Positions 28,049-36,596 are shown, counted from the stretch's first letter. The stretch is 64,000 nucleotides of DNA from an uncultured virus (IMG/VR IMGVR_UViG_3300010214_000051) (IMGVR_UViG_3300010214_000051:1-64000), one strand, 5' to 3'. Notes: generated by a model not told the origin, from the letters alone. Numbers and translations: made by a program.

Positions 28049-29977
28049 TCAAGCCAAAAAAGACATGATGTCCGTCCCGACAGTGGCGCGAGAAAATTGA
28101 GAAACCGTTGATCGAGGAGCGACAGTTTCTGGCGGCGAGTCCAGGTTAAACCGCTCGCGCAGGAAGGCGATGTAGTCCGGTTCGGCCTCCATGATGATCG
28201 CGTTCATGCCCAGGCGACGCGCGGCCTCGGCCGTCGTGCCGCTGCCGCCAAAGGGGTCGAGGACCGTCCCGCCCGGCGGCGTGATGTGACGGATGAAGTG
28301 CTCCATCAGCGAGATCGGCTTAACGGTCGGGTGACGCGATCCGGCCCGGTCTGCCTTGGTCGCCTTGCCGTGGTAGATGGCCGGCGGCATCTCCGGGTCG
28401 TCGATCAGGCCGGCGTCGATCGCCCACAGGTAGTCTTCCTCGGTGGTCGGGAAGCTGTTGAAGAAGCGGGCCGCGCTGCCGGTGTCGCCGCGCGGTTCAT
28501 AAGTCTTGCCGGAATCCGATGTCGCACCGAAGGTATTCTTCTGTGACCTCGTGGCATCGCTGCTTTTGCCCTGCTGCCCCTTGCTGTCGGGGAAGATCGC
28601 GCGCACGGCCTCGCTGTCGTCGTGCAGCAGGTTCGCCGGCCAGCGACCTTCGGGTTGCACGAACTCGTCCTCGATCTTGCGACCAGCTTCATACATCCCC
28701 GTCGCTGATCCCCACTGCTCGCGCGCTCCCTCCGATTTCCCATACGCGCCGCCGTTCAGATCGTCCGCCGTAGGCACACGGCACCCATCCACATTGAACG
28801 CCCCGACGCCGTGCTTCAGCAGGTTCAGGACGCCGTTCTTCTCGCTGAACGGCTTCTGGCCGAGGTAGACGGGCTCGAGCCGAACCTTAGCCGCGCCCAC
28901 CCGGTCGGGCGCCACAGGCACAAGCGGCGCGATAGCAATCTCGGTCGCAATAGTGCCGACTCGTGACAGCAATCTGACACAAGCTCTTTTCAAACAACTG
29001 CCCGCAATGGTGACATTCGACGAGTCGCCAATGGGTTCGTTCAGGTGAGTGGTGCAACCGCGTATGATCCGACCAGTTAATGACTTCCAGGTTTTCAGGT
29101 CGGTTGTCACTTCTGGTGTGATTGCGATGGTGAACGTGCTCCCAAGGCTCCAAAGCGCGGCCAAGGCGGTCAGCCATGATCTTACGGTGTTCGAGCACAT
29201 ATTCGTCACCAACGCGGATAGCAATGTATCCGTCAGGCCGCACATATCGACCGCCACGCCAGTTTGCGCCTCGTTCGCCGCGCTTCGAAGAAGAGGAGCA
29301 AGACCTTGAACAATACTTGGCTCGATCAGCCCATGACCGTTTAGCGTAGAAATCAGTTCCGCAGTGCTGGCATTGCTTATCAAGTCCGGCGCGAGCGCCT
29401 TTTCTCGGCACGATGGAATCTCCATCATCATGTAGAGTGCAGACTGTATCAGGTCGAAGAATGCGTCTGTCGTGTCCCTGGGCTTCTGACCCAGGTAGAC
29501 ATTTTCAAGAGCGGGCTTTTGCGTCTGTGCCCCATAGCGCCAGCCCTCCCACCCGGGAAGCTTCGGATTGTGCGCCTTCGGCATCCCACTGCCGTTTAGC
29601 CAACCGTGCATCGGGTGCATGATGAACCCGGCAACTTCCATCGCGCACGCCTGCCAGTGGCCGGTGCGGGCGCCGCTGAAAGCGAACACCATGCCGCCGG
29701 GCAGCAGGATGTCGTAGATCAGGCGCCAGAACTCAGGGTCGCGCTCGATGCCCGTGCCGTCCCACTGTTTGCCCATGAAGCCCTTGGACGCGCGGGCGAA
29801 CGCGCCGTCGGTCCCGTGCTTGGCGGGCGCAGCGCCATCCTTCCCGAAACGCTTGGTCACCGACACCAGGCCATAGGGCGGATCAGTCACAACGGAATGG
29901 ACGCGCACGCCCTGGTCGATGAGCCGACGCAGGCTGACGCGGCAGTCGCCTTCATGGAGGGTGATGCTGGGCGTCAC
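28049..29977 (-). CDS. N4/N6 DNA methyltransferase (beta class) carrying a 630-bp insertion
   Basis: TDPPY, HPTVKP..L, LDPFGGSGTT motifs. Confidence 0.92.
   Translation of the reverse strand: MTPSITLHEGDCRVSLRRLIDQGVRVHSVVTDPPYGLVSVTKRFGKDGAAPAKHGTDGAFARASKGFMGKQWDGTGIERDPEFWRLIYDILLPGGMVFAFSGARTGHWQACAMEVAGFIMHPMHGWLNGSGMPKAHNPKLPGWEGWRYGAQTQKPALENVYLGQKPRDTTDAFFDLIQSALYMMMEIPSCREKALAPDLISNASTAELISTLNGHGLIEPSIVQGLAPLLRSAANEAQTGVAVDMCGLTDTLLSALVTNMCSNTVRSWLTALAALWSLGSTFTIAITPEVTTDLKTWKSLTGRIIRGCTTHLNEPIGDSSNVTIAGSCLKRACVRLLSRVGTIATEIAIAPLVPVAPDRVGAAKVRLEPVYLGQKPFSEKNGVLNLLKHGVGAFNVDGCRVPTADDLNGGAYGKSEGAREQWGSATGMYEAGRKIEDEFVQPEGRWPANLLHDDSEAVRAIFPDSKGQQGKSSDATRSQKNTFGATSDSGKTYEPRGDTGSAARFFNSFPTTEEDYLWAIDAGLIDDPEMPPAIYHGKATKADRAGSRHPTVKPISLMEHFIRHITPPGGTVLDPFGGSGTTAEAARRLGMNAIIMEAEPDYIAFLRERFNLDSPPETVAPRSTVSQFSRATVGTDIMSFLA
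28887..29411 (-). CDS. HNH endonuclease with Zn-binding repeats, nested out of frame in the methyltransferase
   Basis: GGAG RBS + GTG; CxxC..CS..C, EHR.IM...LGR.L...EHVHH.N....DNRPENL. Confidence 0.9.
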   Translation of the reverse strand: MPRKGARAGLDKQCQHCGTDFYAKRSWADRAKYCSRSCSSSSKRGERGANWRGGRYVRPDGYIAIRVGDEYVLEHRKIMADRLGRALEPWEHVHHRNHTRSDNRPENLEVINWSDHTRLHHSPERTHWRLVECHHCGQLFEKSLCQIAVTSRHYCDRDCYRAACACGARPGGRG

Positions 29978-30363
29978 GCGAGCAGATCCAGAACTTCGGT
30001 GTTGGCGGGCAGGTCGAGAGGCGAATGGGCGAGCGCCTGTTCGATCAGATCAGCGTTCGAGGCGCTGACATTGGCATCGTCCGTCACAAGGTTATCGGTC
30101 TGACCGACCCCCTCTTCCACGGTCTCAGGCTGGCCGCGCTCGCAGATGCGCTCTTCGGTCGTCTGAGGACGGCGGTGTTTCCCGACCGTACGGTTGCGCG
30201 CCTTCTCCGTCTCAGCGTCCCAGAACGCCTGCGCCTTGGCGATGACGGCTTCCTCGGTCGCGGCGTAGATGATCGCCGGCAGGATCTGCTTGCCGACCTG
30301 AAACCGGGCACACCAGGCATGTGTCGCCGGCACATCGGCGCCGCCCCACGTCAGGATCTTCAC
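29974..30363 (-). CDS. Hypothetical protein
   Basis: Coupled ORF ending VLDLLA. Confidence 0.65.
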   Translation of the reverse strand: MKILTWGGADVPATHAWCARFQVGKQILPAIIYAATEEAVIAKAQAFWDAETEKARNRTVGKHRRPQTTEERICERGQPETVEEGVGQTDNLVTDDANVSASNADLIEQALAHSPLDLPANTEVLDLLA

Positions 30364-30662
30364 GTCGACATCTCCTCGATGATTTTGGCGGCACGCTCAT
30401 GGTGGCGCTGGCGCGACCTGCGCACTTCGTCGGACATCAGGCCGACCGAACCCTGCAGTCGATCACAGAGACGCAGGCAGCGTTCCTCTGCGCCGACGAA
30501 CAGGACGCTTTCCTTGGCGTGGTGCCGCTCGCGGTAGGCGCCCTCGCGCGTCATGAGCTTCTGCGCCGTCACGCGGACCACCCGCTGCGCTACATAACGA
30601 GGGAACTCGCCCCAGCCGTCTCTGAAAACGGCGAACTGACCGACTCTGATTTCCTGGGTCAT
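30360..30662 (-). CDS. Hypothetical protein
   Basis: Coupled ORF. Confidence 0.65.
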   Translation of the reverse strand: MTQEIRVGQFAVFRDGWGEFPRYVAQRVVRVTAQKLMTREGAYRERHHAKESVLFVGAEERCLRLCDRLQGSVGLMSDEVRRSRQRHHERAAKIIEEMST

Positions 30663-30976
30663 GCCAGCAGATCCAGAACGGGGGCGTCCGGCGCCAGCAG
30701 ATCCACCTCAGCGACGACGCCATGCACGGCGCCCTCGATCACAACCTCGCGGCCGGACGGCAGCCGTCGGCGCATCTGATATGGAACCATGCAGTTCCAG
30801 AGCGCGTCGGCAGGGTCGGCGGCCACGTCGACGGTGGCTGTCTTGCCGTCGCGGTGGACCCACGACGCCTCGAATCGACCATCCGGCCGCAGCACGATCG
30901 ACATTCGGCGACCGCCGCCCACGACCATGTGCTGCCGGATGAAGTCCTCCATGGTGCGGACGGCGCCCATGGTCAT
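30659..30976 (-). CDS. Hypothetical protein
   Basis: Coupled ORF ending VDLLAPDAPVLDLLA. Confidence 0.7.
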   Translation of the reverse strand: MTMGAVRTMEDFIRQHMVVGGGRRMSIVLRPDGRFEASWVHRDGKTATVDVAADPADALWNCMVPYQMRRRLPSGREVVIEGAVHGVVAEVDLLAPDAPVLDLLA

Positions 30977-31296
30977 GCCAACAGGTCGATTTCGGCGACC
31001 GCGTCGTCGATGTCCTCGGGGGCGTCATCCTCGAGATCGAGCAGATCCGGCGTGTCCGCCCTCGGGGCGCCCGCTGCGTCGATCATCGCCCGGCCTTCCG
31101 GGGTCGCGATCAGGCGTCCGTCGTCGCTGATCTCCATGTGCGTTTCGGCCGTGGGGTCGTCGCTCAACGACTTCAGCGCCTCCATCAGGCCGGACTTCTG
31201 GACCGGCACATGGATGTAGCCGAGCGGCGTCATCACGCCGACGGTGGGCGCGCCGTCGACCTTGCGGATGGCGGCGGTCAGGTTGCGGAGTTTCAT
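30973..31296 (-). CDS. Hypothetical protein
   Basis: Coupled ORF with acidic tail ending EIDLLA. Confidence 0.7.
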   Translation of the reverse strand: MKLRNLTAAIRKVDGAPTVGVMTPLGYIHVPVQKSGLMEALKSLSDDPTAETHMEISDDGRLIATPEGRAMIDAAGAPRADTPDLLDLEDDAPEDIDDAVAEIDLLA

Positions 31297-32249
31297 GCTG
31301 CGTCCTTCAGGCGTTGTTCGGTTTCCCGGCGTCGCGCCAGTTCGGCGCGCCCGGCTTTGGTAATGGTCCAGGTGATGCGCTTCTGGCGACCAACCTTGAC
31401 GTAGTCTTTGGCGACCCAGCCCTTCTCGTTCATCTGAGACAGGTGGCTGCCGACCAGGTAGCGCTGGACGCGCGAAAGGCCGGCGATCTCGGTGCTGAGG
31501 CGCGCGATGCCGTCGGACATGGCGACCAGTATGCGGCCCGGCCCGGTCTCGGTGGTCAGGCTTCGCTGTTTGGAGCGAGGCTGTGCCGCGTCCTGAAGCG
31601 AGTAGCCCTTGCCCCAGTGCGTCACGAGATGCCCGTCGGCCTGCAGGTCGCGCAGCTTCGTGCGGATTTTGCAGACGAAGACGTCGATGATCTTGATGCC
31701 GGCTTCGGCCGTCTCTGTGGAGTAGAGCGTCGAAAGGAGCGCGTCCTTGCTGACCACGCGGTTCTTTCGCGTGCCGAGGATGTTCAGCAGCCGTCGCTCA
31801 GAGTCAGTGAAATGCACGGGCTTGCCATTCACCGCCACGCCGGTTTCTCCGAGGGTGATGGGGCCGACGCTGATTTCGTTGGTCGCGCGCCCCAGGGCTC
31901 GCCGGACGATGGCCTTCGCGCGCGCCGCAAGGACTTCGCGGCGGACGGGTCGCACGACGTAATCGTCGGCGCCGGCCTCGAGCATCCTGGCGACCGCGTC
32001 GGCGGAGGCTTCGGTTCGCAGCACGAGGATGGGCGTGCTGCCCCGCTCTCTCAGGCGATGCAGGACATGCTCGGTCGTCGCGCCATGCAGCGTCTCGCCC
32101 AGCACGATCAGGTCGTAATCATAAATGCCGGCCAGCTGGACAGCATCGTCGGCGTCGTCCGTGTCGTAGAGCGACACCTCTGCCGCCGACAGCGCCCGTC
32201 GAACCCCGGCCGCAACCTCGCGGTCGCCTTCGATGATGAGGACTTTCAT
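31293..32249 (-). CDS. CtrA-like response regulator with degenerate receiver and extra C-terminal wHTH
   Basis: IYDYDLIVL, GADDY, KIIDVFVCKIR.KL, T.WG.GY CtrA signatures. Confidence 0.85.
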   Translation of the reverse strand: MKVLIIEGDREVAAGVRRALSAAEVSLYDTDDADDAVQLAGIYDYDLIVLGETLHGATTEHVLHRLRERGSTPILVLRTEASADAVARMLEAGADDYVVRPVRREVLAARAKAIVRRALGRATNEISVGPITLGETGVAVNGKPVHFTDSERRLLNILGTRKNRVVSKDALLSTLYSTETAEAGIKIIDVFVCKIRTKLRDLQADGHLVTHWGKGYSLQDAAQPRSKQRSLTTETGPGRILVAMSDGIARLSTEIAGLSRVQRYLVGSHLSQMNEKGWVAKDYVKVGRQKRITWTITKAGRAELARRRETEQRLKDAA

Positions 32250-32251
32250 CG

Positions 32252-32485
32252 TCAGCCCTGCATCCAGGTAGGGCCGCGTCCGCGCACCACCTCGACCCCA
32301 TCAGCCGCAACGTCCAGCCAGTGCGTTGTGGGGACCGTTGTGCCGCCATGCTGAAGCAGCCTGATGAAGCCGCTGCCCTGAGCGGCGAAAATGTCGCGCC
32401 CGCGCCGAAACACCTTCGACTGCCGGAAGACGCCTTTGCTGCGCAGGATGACGTGCCCGTCAGGGATCTCGTGGAAGAGGTCCAT
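32252..32485 (-). CDS. Hypothetical protein
   Basis: 77 aa ORF in operon. Confidence 0.65.
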   Translation of the reverse strand: MDLFHEIPDGHVILRSKGVFRQSKVFRRGRDIFAAQGSGFIRLLQHGGTTVPTTHWLDVAADGVEVVRGRGPTWMQG

Positions 32486-32488
32486 GCT

Positions 32489-32824
32489 TCAGATGTCCCC
32501 GAGCGCAGCCAGGTAGAGATCCAGGATCGCTTCCTGCTCCTGGCGCTTGGCCTTGTCCTGCTTCCGCAGGCGCAGAACCGTGCGGAGCGTGGGAACACAG
32601 TAGCCCTCGCCCTTGGCTTCGGCGAAGACCTCCTTCATGTCCTGCATGACGGCCTGCTTGTCCTCGTCGAGGCGTTCCAGTCGTTCGATGATGGACCGCA
32701 AGCGACCCTGGGCCGTGGCGGTCAGGACGTCAGGGCTGGCGTCGAAGGATGCGTCGTCCATGGTGTCCTCATTCGCAAGCGGGCGAGAGCCGTAGCCGCG
32801 GGGTTCGTCAAACAGGTCGGTCAT
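32489..32824 (-). CDS. gapR: GapR-like nucleoid-associated protein (DUF2312)
   Basis: TAQG.L.SIIER.ERL...K......KEV.AEAKG.G......RKQD.AKRQE..AILDLYL.A.G. Confidence 0.92.
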   Translation of the reverse strand: MTDLFDEPRGYGSRPLANEDTMDDASFDASPDVLTATAQGRLRSIIERLERLDEDKQAVMQDMKEVFAEAKGEGYCVPTLRTVLRLRKQDKAKRQEQEAILDLYLAALGDI

Positions 32825-32905
32825 GTCAGCCGTGCAGGTAGGTGTCGTTGCCCGCCCAGCGGGGCAGGAGGGATTTCAGTTTCGCGAGGGCTGCTCGCAG
32901 GCGGG

Positions 32906-33127
32906 TCACCCCCAGAAGCCCCCGAGCGCCAGCAGCAGGACCCAGATCAGATTGATCACGATGGTCAGGATGTCGGGCGCGGCGCCCATGGCGGCCCGGC
33001 GGCCGGCGTTCGCCAGCCCGAAGAGCCGGATGTTGTCGCGGATCGTCCGATAGGCGCTCACGCAGGCGCCCCCGATCACGAAGAACAGAAGCGTGGTTGC
33101 TGCGATCTTGGCGCCCAGCTCAACCAT
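32906..33127 (-). CDS. Small membrane protein
   Basis: Two hydrophobic segments. Confidence 0.55.
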   Translation of the reverse strand: MVELGAKIAATTLLFFVIGGACVSAYRTIRDNIRLFGLANAGRRAAMGAAPDILTIVINLIWVLLLALGGFWG

Positions 33128-33234
33128 GTCGGGCCGCCATCTGCACGATGATCGGGAGGCGACACACAGTCGCCATCAGGGTGGTGCGGAGGGATTGCGG
33201 GGGAAGGCCATACATGGTGTCAATCTTTCCGTGA

Positions 33235-33257
33235 TTAATGTCAACTTAAACGAGACA
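33235..33257. promoter_or_regulatory. CtrA box overlapping a 19-bp operator and a minus-strand TTGACA
   Basis: TTAA-TGTCAAC-TTAA (33235-33249); TGTCAACTTAAACGAGACA (33239-33257). Confidence 0.7.
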
Positions 33258-33263
33258 AATCGG

Positions 33264-34436
33264 TCATGTCAAGGCAGCGCGATCCGCCAGGCGGTCGATT
33301 TCCAGCATCAGGCGGTCGGCGCCGATGCGGGCGTGGTGACCGGGCGCGTTGTAATAGGCCTCCAGGCGATACAGGGCCTCGGCGTCGTCGGGCCGGATGT
33401 TGTTCCGGGTGACGTATTCCAGCATCGTGATGGCGATCTGGCGCGGCGGGTGGATGTCGTGCGGGAAGGCCTCGCGGATCTCGACGAAGTGCTTCGCCTT
33501 CAACAGGTCCTCACGACCGTTCTTCGACCGCCAGCGGGTCAGGTATTTCAGGATCGACCCGACGCAGAAGTCGAGGCCGTTCCGCATACAGAACTCGGTC
33601 GGCTGAATGGCGAGGCTGCGGTAGTGAGTCCCTCGGACTTGCCGCTTCATAGGGTCGATATTCTGGACTTCCTCTGCGCCAGAATCGTGCAGGTGTTTCC
33701 AAGTGCGACCATCTCGGATGTGCCAGATCGCACCCGTCGATACACCATACTCTTCAGCGAGTACCTTATGCGTTTCATCGGGGCGGCCGAGGATTTCGAT
33801 CACTTCGGATTCGGTCAGCTTTGCAGTGTTGACCTTTGCTCCGTGCGACCATGTGCCATGCTTCCGGGAGTCGGCGCTATTTTGGGCCGGCGTCCCCCAG
33901 ATCAGGTTCGTCCAGTGGTTGTTATCGCGCGTACCGTCCAGGTGGCGCACGACGTGGTCAGGGGAAGGTTTCGGACCTCGGAAGGCCATGCAGACAAGGA
34001 TGTGCGCCTTGGTGTGCCACAGACCATCGACGGGGTCGTAAAGCGCAACAGAACGATAGCCGTCTTTGTCCGGTCGAGTAGTGAGCACGCGACCCTCTGT
34101 CGGTTTTGGGGCGCAGTTTCGAGCGGGCTTCCAAGAGCGGATTTCGCCATGGCTGGATGCCTCATAATCAGGCCACCCAGGAATCGCGCGCCATTCTACG
34201 GCGACGATCTCCTCTGCAGGCGCAACCGAGAAGCCGTCCTGTTCAAGATAGGCGGCCTGCTCGGACGTCATGTCCACGCCAGCCGCGGCGAACGAGCCTT
34301 TTGCCGGCATGTCCGTCACGAAGCCATGCTCGTCGGATGCCACACACGTCTCGGGCGCTTCGTCGCCCTGATCCCAGGCCGCCTTGCAGCGAAGGCAGCG
34401 CCACCCGGCGCCAGTGTTGATGAGTTGGTGCGTCAT
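33264..34436 (-). CDS. DUF3310 (SaV / T7 gp1.7-like) protein with in-frame NUMOD4-HNH-HTH insert
   Basis: EWRAIPGWPDYEASS.G.IRS; VRHLDG.RDNN..TNL.WGT; QV.G.HY....IQP...G..LKY..R...KNG.EDL.KA. Confidence 0.85.
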   Translation of the reverse strand: MTHQLINTGAGWRCLRCKAAWDQGDEAPETCVASDEHGFVTDMPAKGSFAAAGVDMTSEQAAYLEQDGFSVAPAEEIVAVEWRAIPGWPDYEASSHGEIRSWKPARNCAPKPTEGRVLTTRPDKDGYRSVALYDPVDGLWHTKAHILVCMAFRGPKPSPDHVVRHLDGTRDNNHWTNLIWGTPAQNSADSRKHGTWSHGAKVNTAKLTESEVIEILGRPDETHKVLAEEYGVSTGAIWHIRDGRTWKHLHDSGAEEVQNIDPMKRQVRGTHYRSLAIQPTEFCMRNGLDFCVGSILKYLTRWRSKNGREDLLKAKHFVEIREAFPHDIHPPRQIAITMLEYVTRNNIRPDDAEALYRLEAYYNAPGHHARIGADRLMLEIDRLADRAALT

Positions 34437-34717
34437 GCTGCGTGGTCCTTCAGAAACGTGCGGCCGGCGTCAGTGATGCGCCACCAGCGGATTCCGCCGT
34501 GCCGCCCGTCGAGCCCTTCCACGAGCCCGGCTGCCCGCAGCTTGTGCATGAACCTGTTCGTGCGTGCCGTCTGGTTCCTCACGGCGCGAGATCCATGCCG
34601 CAGGTCGTGTTCGGGGAACGCCCGGTTCATGAAGCGTGTCGCAATGGGGCCGGCGTCGAACCGGCTGCCCGCGACGATCTTCAGCACGGCGACGGCGAGG
34701 TCCTTGTCGACGGTCAT
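34433..34717 (-). CDS. Hypothetical wHTH-like protein
   Basis: L...GLV....W.IT.AGR motif; ATG overlaps the thyA stop. Confidence 0.65.
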   Translation of the reverse strand: MTVDKDLAVAVLKIVAGSRFDAGPIATRFMNRAFPEHDLRHGSRAVRNQTARTNRFMHKLRAAGLVEGLDGRHGGIRWWRITDAGRTFLKDHAA

Positions 34718-36072
34718 GCCGAGACCTCCGCGCGAATGGCCGGATGCGGGTCGTAGCCGACCAGGGCGAAGTCCTCGGCGGCCCATGAGTCCATGTCGGC
34801 GCGAACCGGCACGATGTTCAGCTTCGGGAACGGCCGCGGCGCCCGACGGACCTGCTCTCGGGCCTGGTCGACGTGGTTGCCGTACAGGTGCAGGTCGCCG
34901 ATGAAGTAGACGAACTCGCCGGGCTGTCGCCCCAGCACGACCGCGAACATTTCCAGCAGCAGGGCGTAGCTGGCGATGTTGAACGGCGCACCAAGAAACA
35001 CGTCCGCGCTGCGCTGATACATCGACAGGCTCAGCCGCTCGTCGGCGCCGACGTAGAACTGGATCGCGATGCCGTGGCACGGCGGCAGGGCCATCATCTT
35101 CGTCTGAGAACTGTCCCAAGTGGAGATGATGTGTCGTCGTCCGTGCGGATCGTCTCGCAAGGACTGCAAGACCTCTGCGATTTGGTCGACGCCCTTGTTC
35201 TTGCGCTCGCTACCGATCAGTCGCCAACCCTCTGCCACGGGCCGTTTGCCGCGCAACATTTGGCAGAAGTTGCCCTGGTGGAGGTCGCGCGCAGTGTAGA
35301 ACTCAACGGGGTTTTCGATGACAGCAGTCTCGCCGCCGTCGTGCTTCACGTAGTGCCGCCAACCGTATTTCGCTCGCTGGTTGTCGCTGCGGCTTGCCCA
35401 GATGCAGGCTGCAGGACCGTAGGTGAATCCGTCACCAATAGTGTCCTTGTCGAGTTGATAGTCCGACCAGTTCGCCAGTTTTTTGTCCCATCCGTCCATC
35501 TCGTGTGCGTCTGCTGCGAAGACCGAAAACTCAAGCCAGCGGTCGACTACGTGAACGCCTCGATGCCCATACCAGGAGTAGGTGTCGTCGAGTTCATGAT
35601 AGCAGCGGAGGATCATGGCCGACCATGTCTGGTATAGCTTCTCCGTCACGCTGTCTGCCCGCGCGCGAGAGAAGCCGGACTTGCTCGCGATCGCCAAAAA
35701 GTCTGCCGCCGTACCTTCGCGCAGGCGCGGCGTCGGTTGCCGGATCGACTCGGGGCGGGCGCCGTAACTGCGCCAAAGGTGACCGTACACCGGGCCAAGA
35801 TTTCCATGGGAGTCGGCCCATTCGTCCCAAATCGTGACGCCCTGTTCCTGGAGCCAGCGGATGTTCGTGTCACCGCGCAATAGCCACAGCAGTTCGGCAA
35901 CCACGCCCCGCCAGAACACCTTCTTGGTCGTCAGCAGCGGGAATCCGTCGGCCATGTCGAAGCGCATCTGCCGGCCGAACACCGATCGCGTGGCCGTGTC
36001 GTTACGGGTCTGACGAACTGGCGCGTCCAGCAGTTCGCGCAACAGGTCGAGGTATTGGTTTTCCGGGTGCAT
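34714..36072 (-). CDS. thyA: Thymidylate synthase with in-frame endonuclease-domain insertion
   Basis: FPLLTTKK, ELLW, IWDEWA, LGPVYG, MALPPCH, YQRSAD.FLG.PFNIASY, GD.HLY.NH. Confidence 0.95.
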   Translation of the reverse strand: MHPENQYLDLLRELLDAPVRQTRNDTATRSVFGRQMRFDMADGFPLLTTKKVFWRGVVAELLWLLRGDTNIRWLQEQGVTIWDEWADSHGNLGPVYGHLWRSYGARPESIRQPTPRLREGTAADFLAIASKSGFSRARADSVTEKLYQTWSAMILRCYHELDDTYSWYGHRGVHVVDRWLEFSVFAADAHEMDGWDKKLANWSDYQLDKDTIGDGFTYGPAACIWASRSDNQRAKYGWRHYVKHDGGETAVIENPVEFYTARDLHQGNFCQMLRGKRPVAEGWRLIGSERKNKGVDQIAEVLQSLRDDPHGRRHIISTWDSSQTKMMALPPCHGIAIQFYVGADERLSLSMYQRSADVFLGAPFNIASYALLLEMFAVVLGRQPGEFVYFIGDLHLYGNHVDQAREQVRRAPRPFPKLNIVPVRADMDSWAAEDFALVGYDPHPAIRAEVSA

Positions 36073-36596
36073 CACGCGACCCTCCTGCAGCGAACGCCGT
36101 CCTTGACGACTGAGGCGGAGAACTTCTGATCCTTGGCCCAGCGCTGCGTATAGGAGGACGCGCAGCTCTGGATGCTCGAGACGGTTTCTCTGGGATTGCC
36201 CCGATAGAAGTCCTCCGGGGGCACTAGGAACGTGTCGCCGACCTTCATCTTGGCGAACGGCCATTTGCCCGAATACTCGCGCTGCGCCTGTTCTTCGGCG
36301 GCGGCCCCGCCATTTCCGTAGCGCTCACGGTATTCCCGGAAGGTGAGCAGCACGGGACCGCTCTCGGTGCTGATGCGCCCTGTCTCAAACGACGCCGGCT
36401 CTCGCAGTCTCCCTGGCGCCGGGTCGCCCAGCAACAGGGCGGTCAGGACGCGGCGCGGCGGGCGCCGGTCAGCCTCAGTGCGACGAAACGAACTGGTTCC
36501 GTAGAAGGCGTCCAGGTCGCTCGGCTGCGCGCGCATCTGACCTCGGTCGAACACGGTCGGAGCGTTTTTCGGATGGACAAGAGCGGTGCTGATCAT
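36072..36596 (-). CDS. Hypothetical protein
   Basis: LT..L.GDP.PGR and K.PF..M.VGD.F motifs seen in phage proteins. Confidence 0.65.
   Translation of the reverse strand: MISTALVHPKNAPTVFDRGQMRAQPSDLDAFYGTSSFRRTEADRRPPRRVLTALLLGDPAPGRLREPASFETGRISTESGPVLLTFREYRERYGNGGAAAEEQAQREYSGKWPFAKMKVGDTFLVPPEDFYRGNPRETVSSIQSCASSYTQRWAKDQKFSASVVKDGVRCRRVA

Noticed and set aside
35194..35760. Intein in ThyA
   Set aside because: No N-terminal Cys/Ser block or C-terminal His-Asn + nucleophile visible
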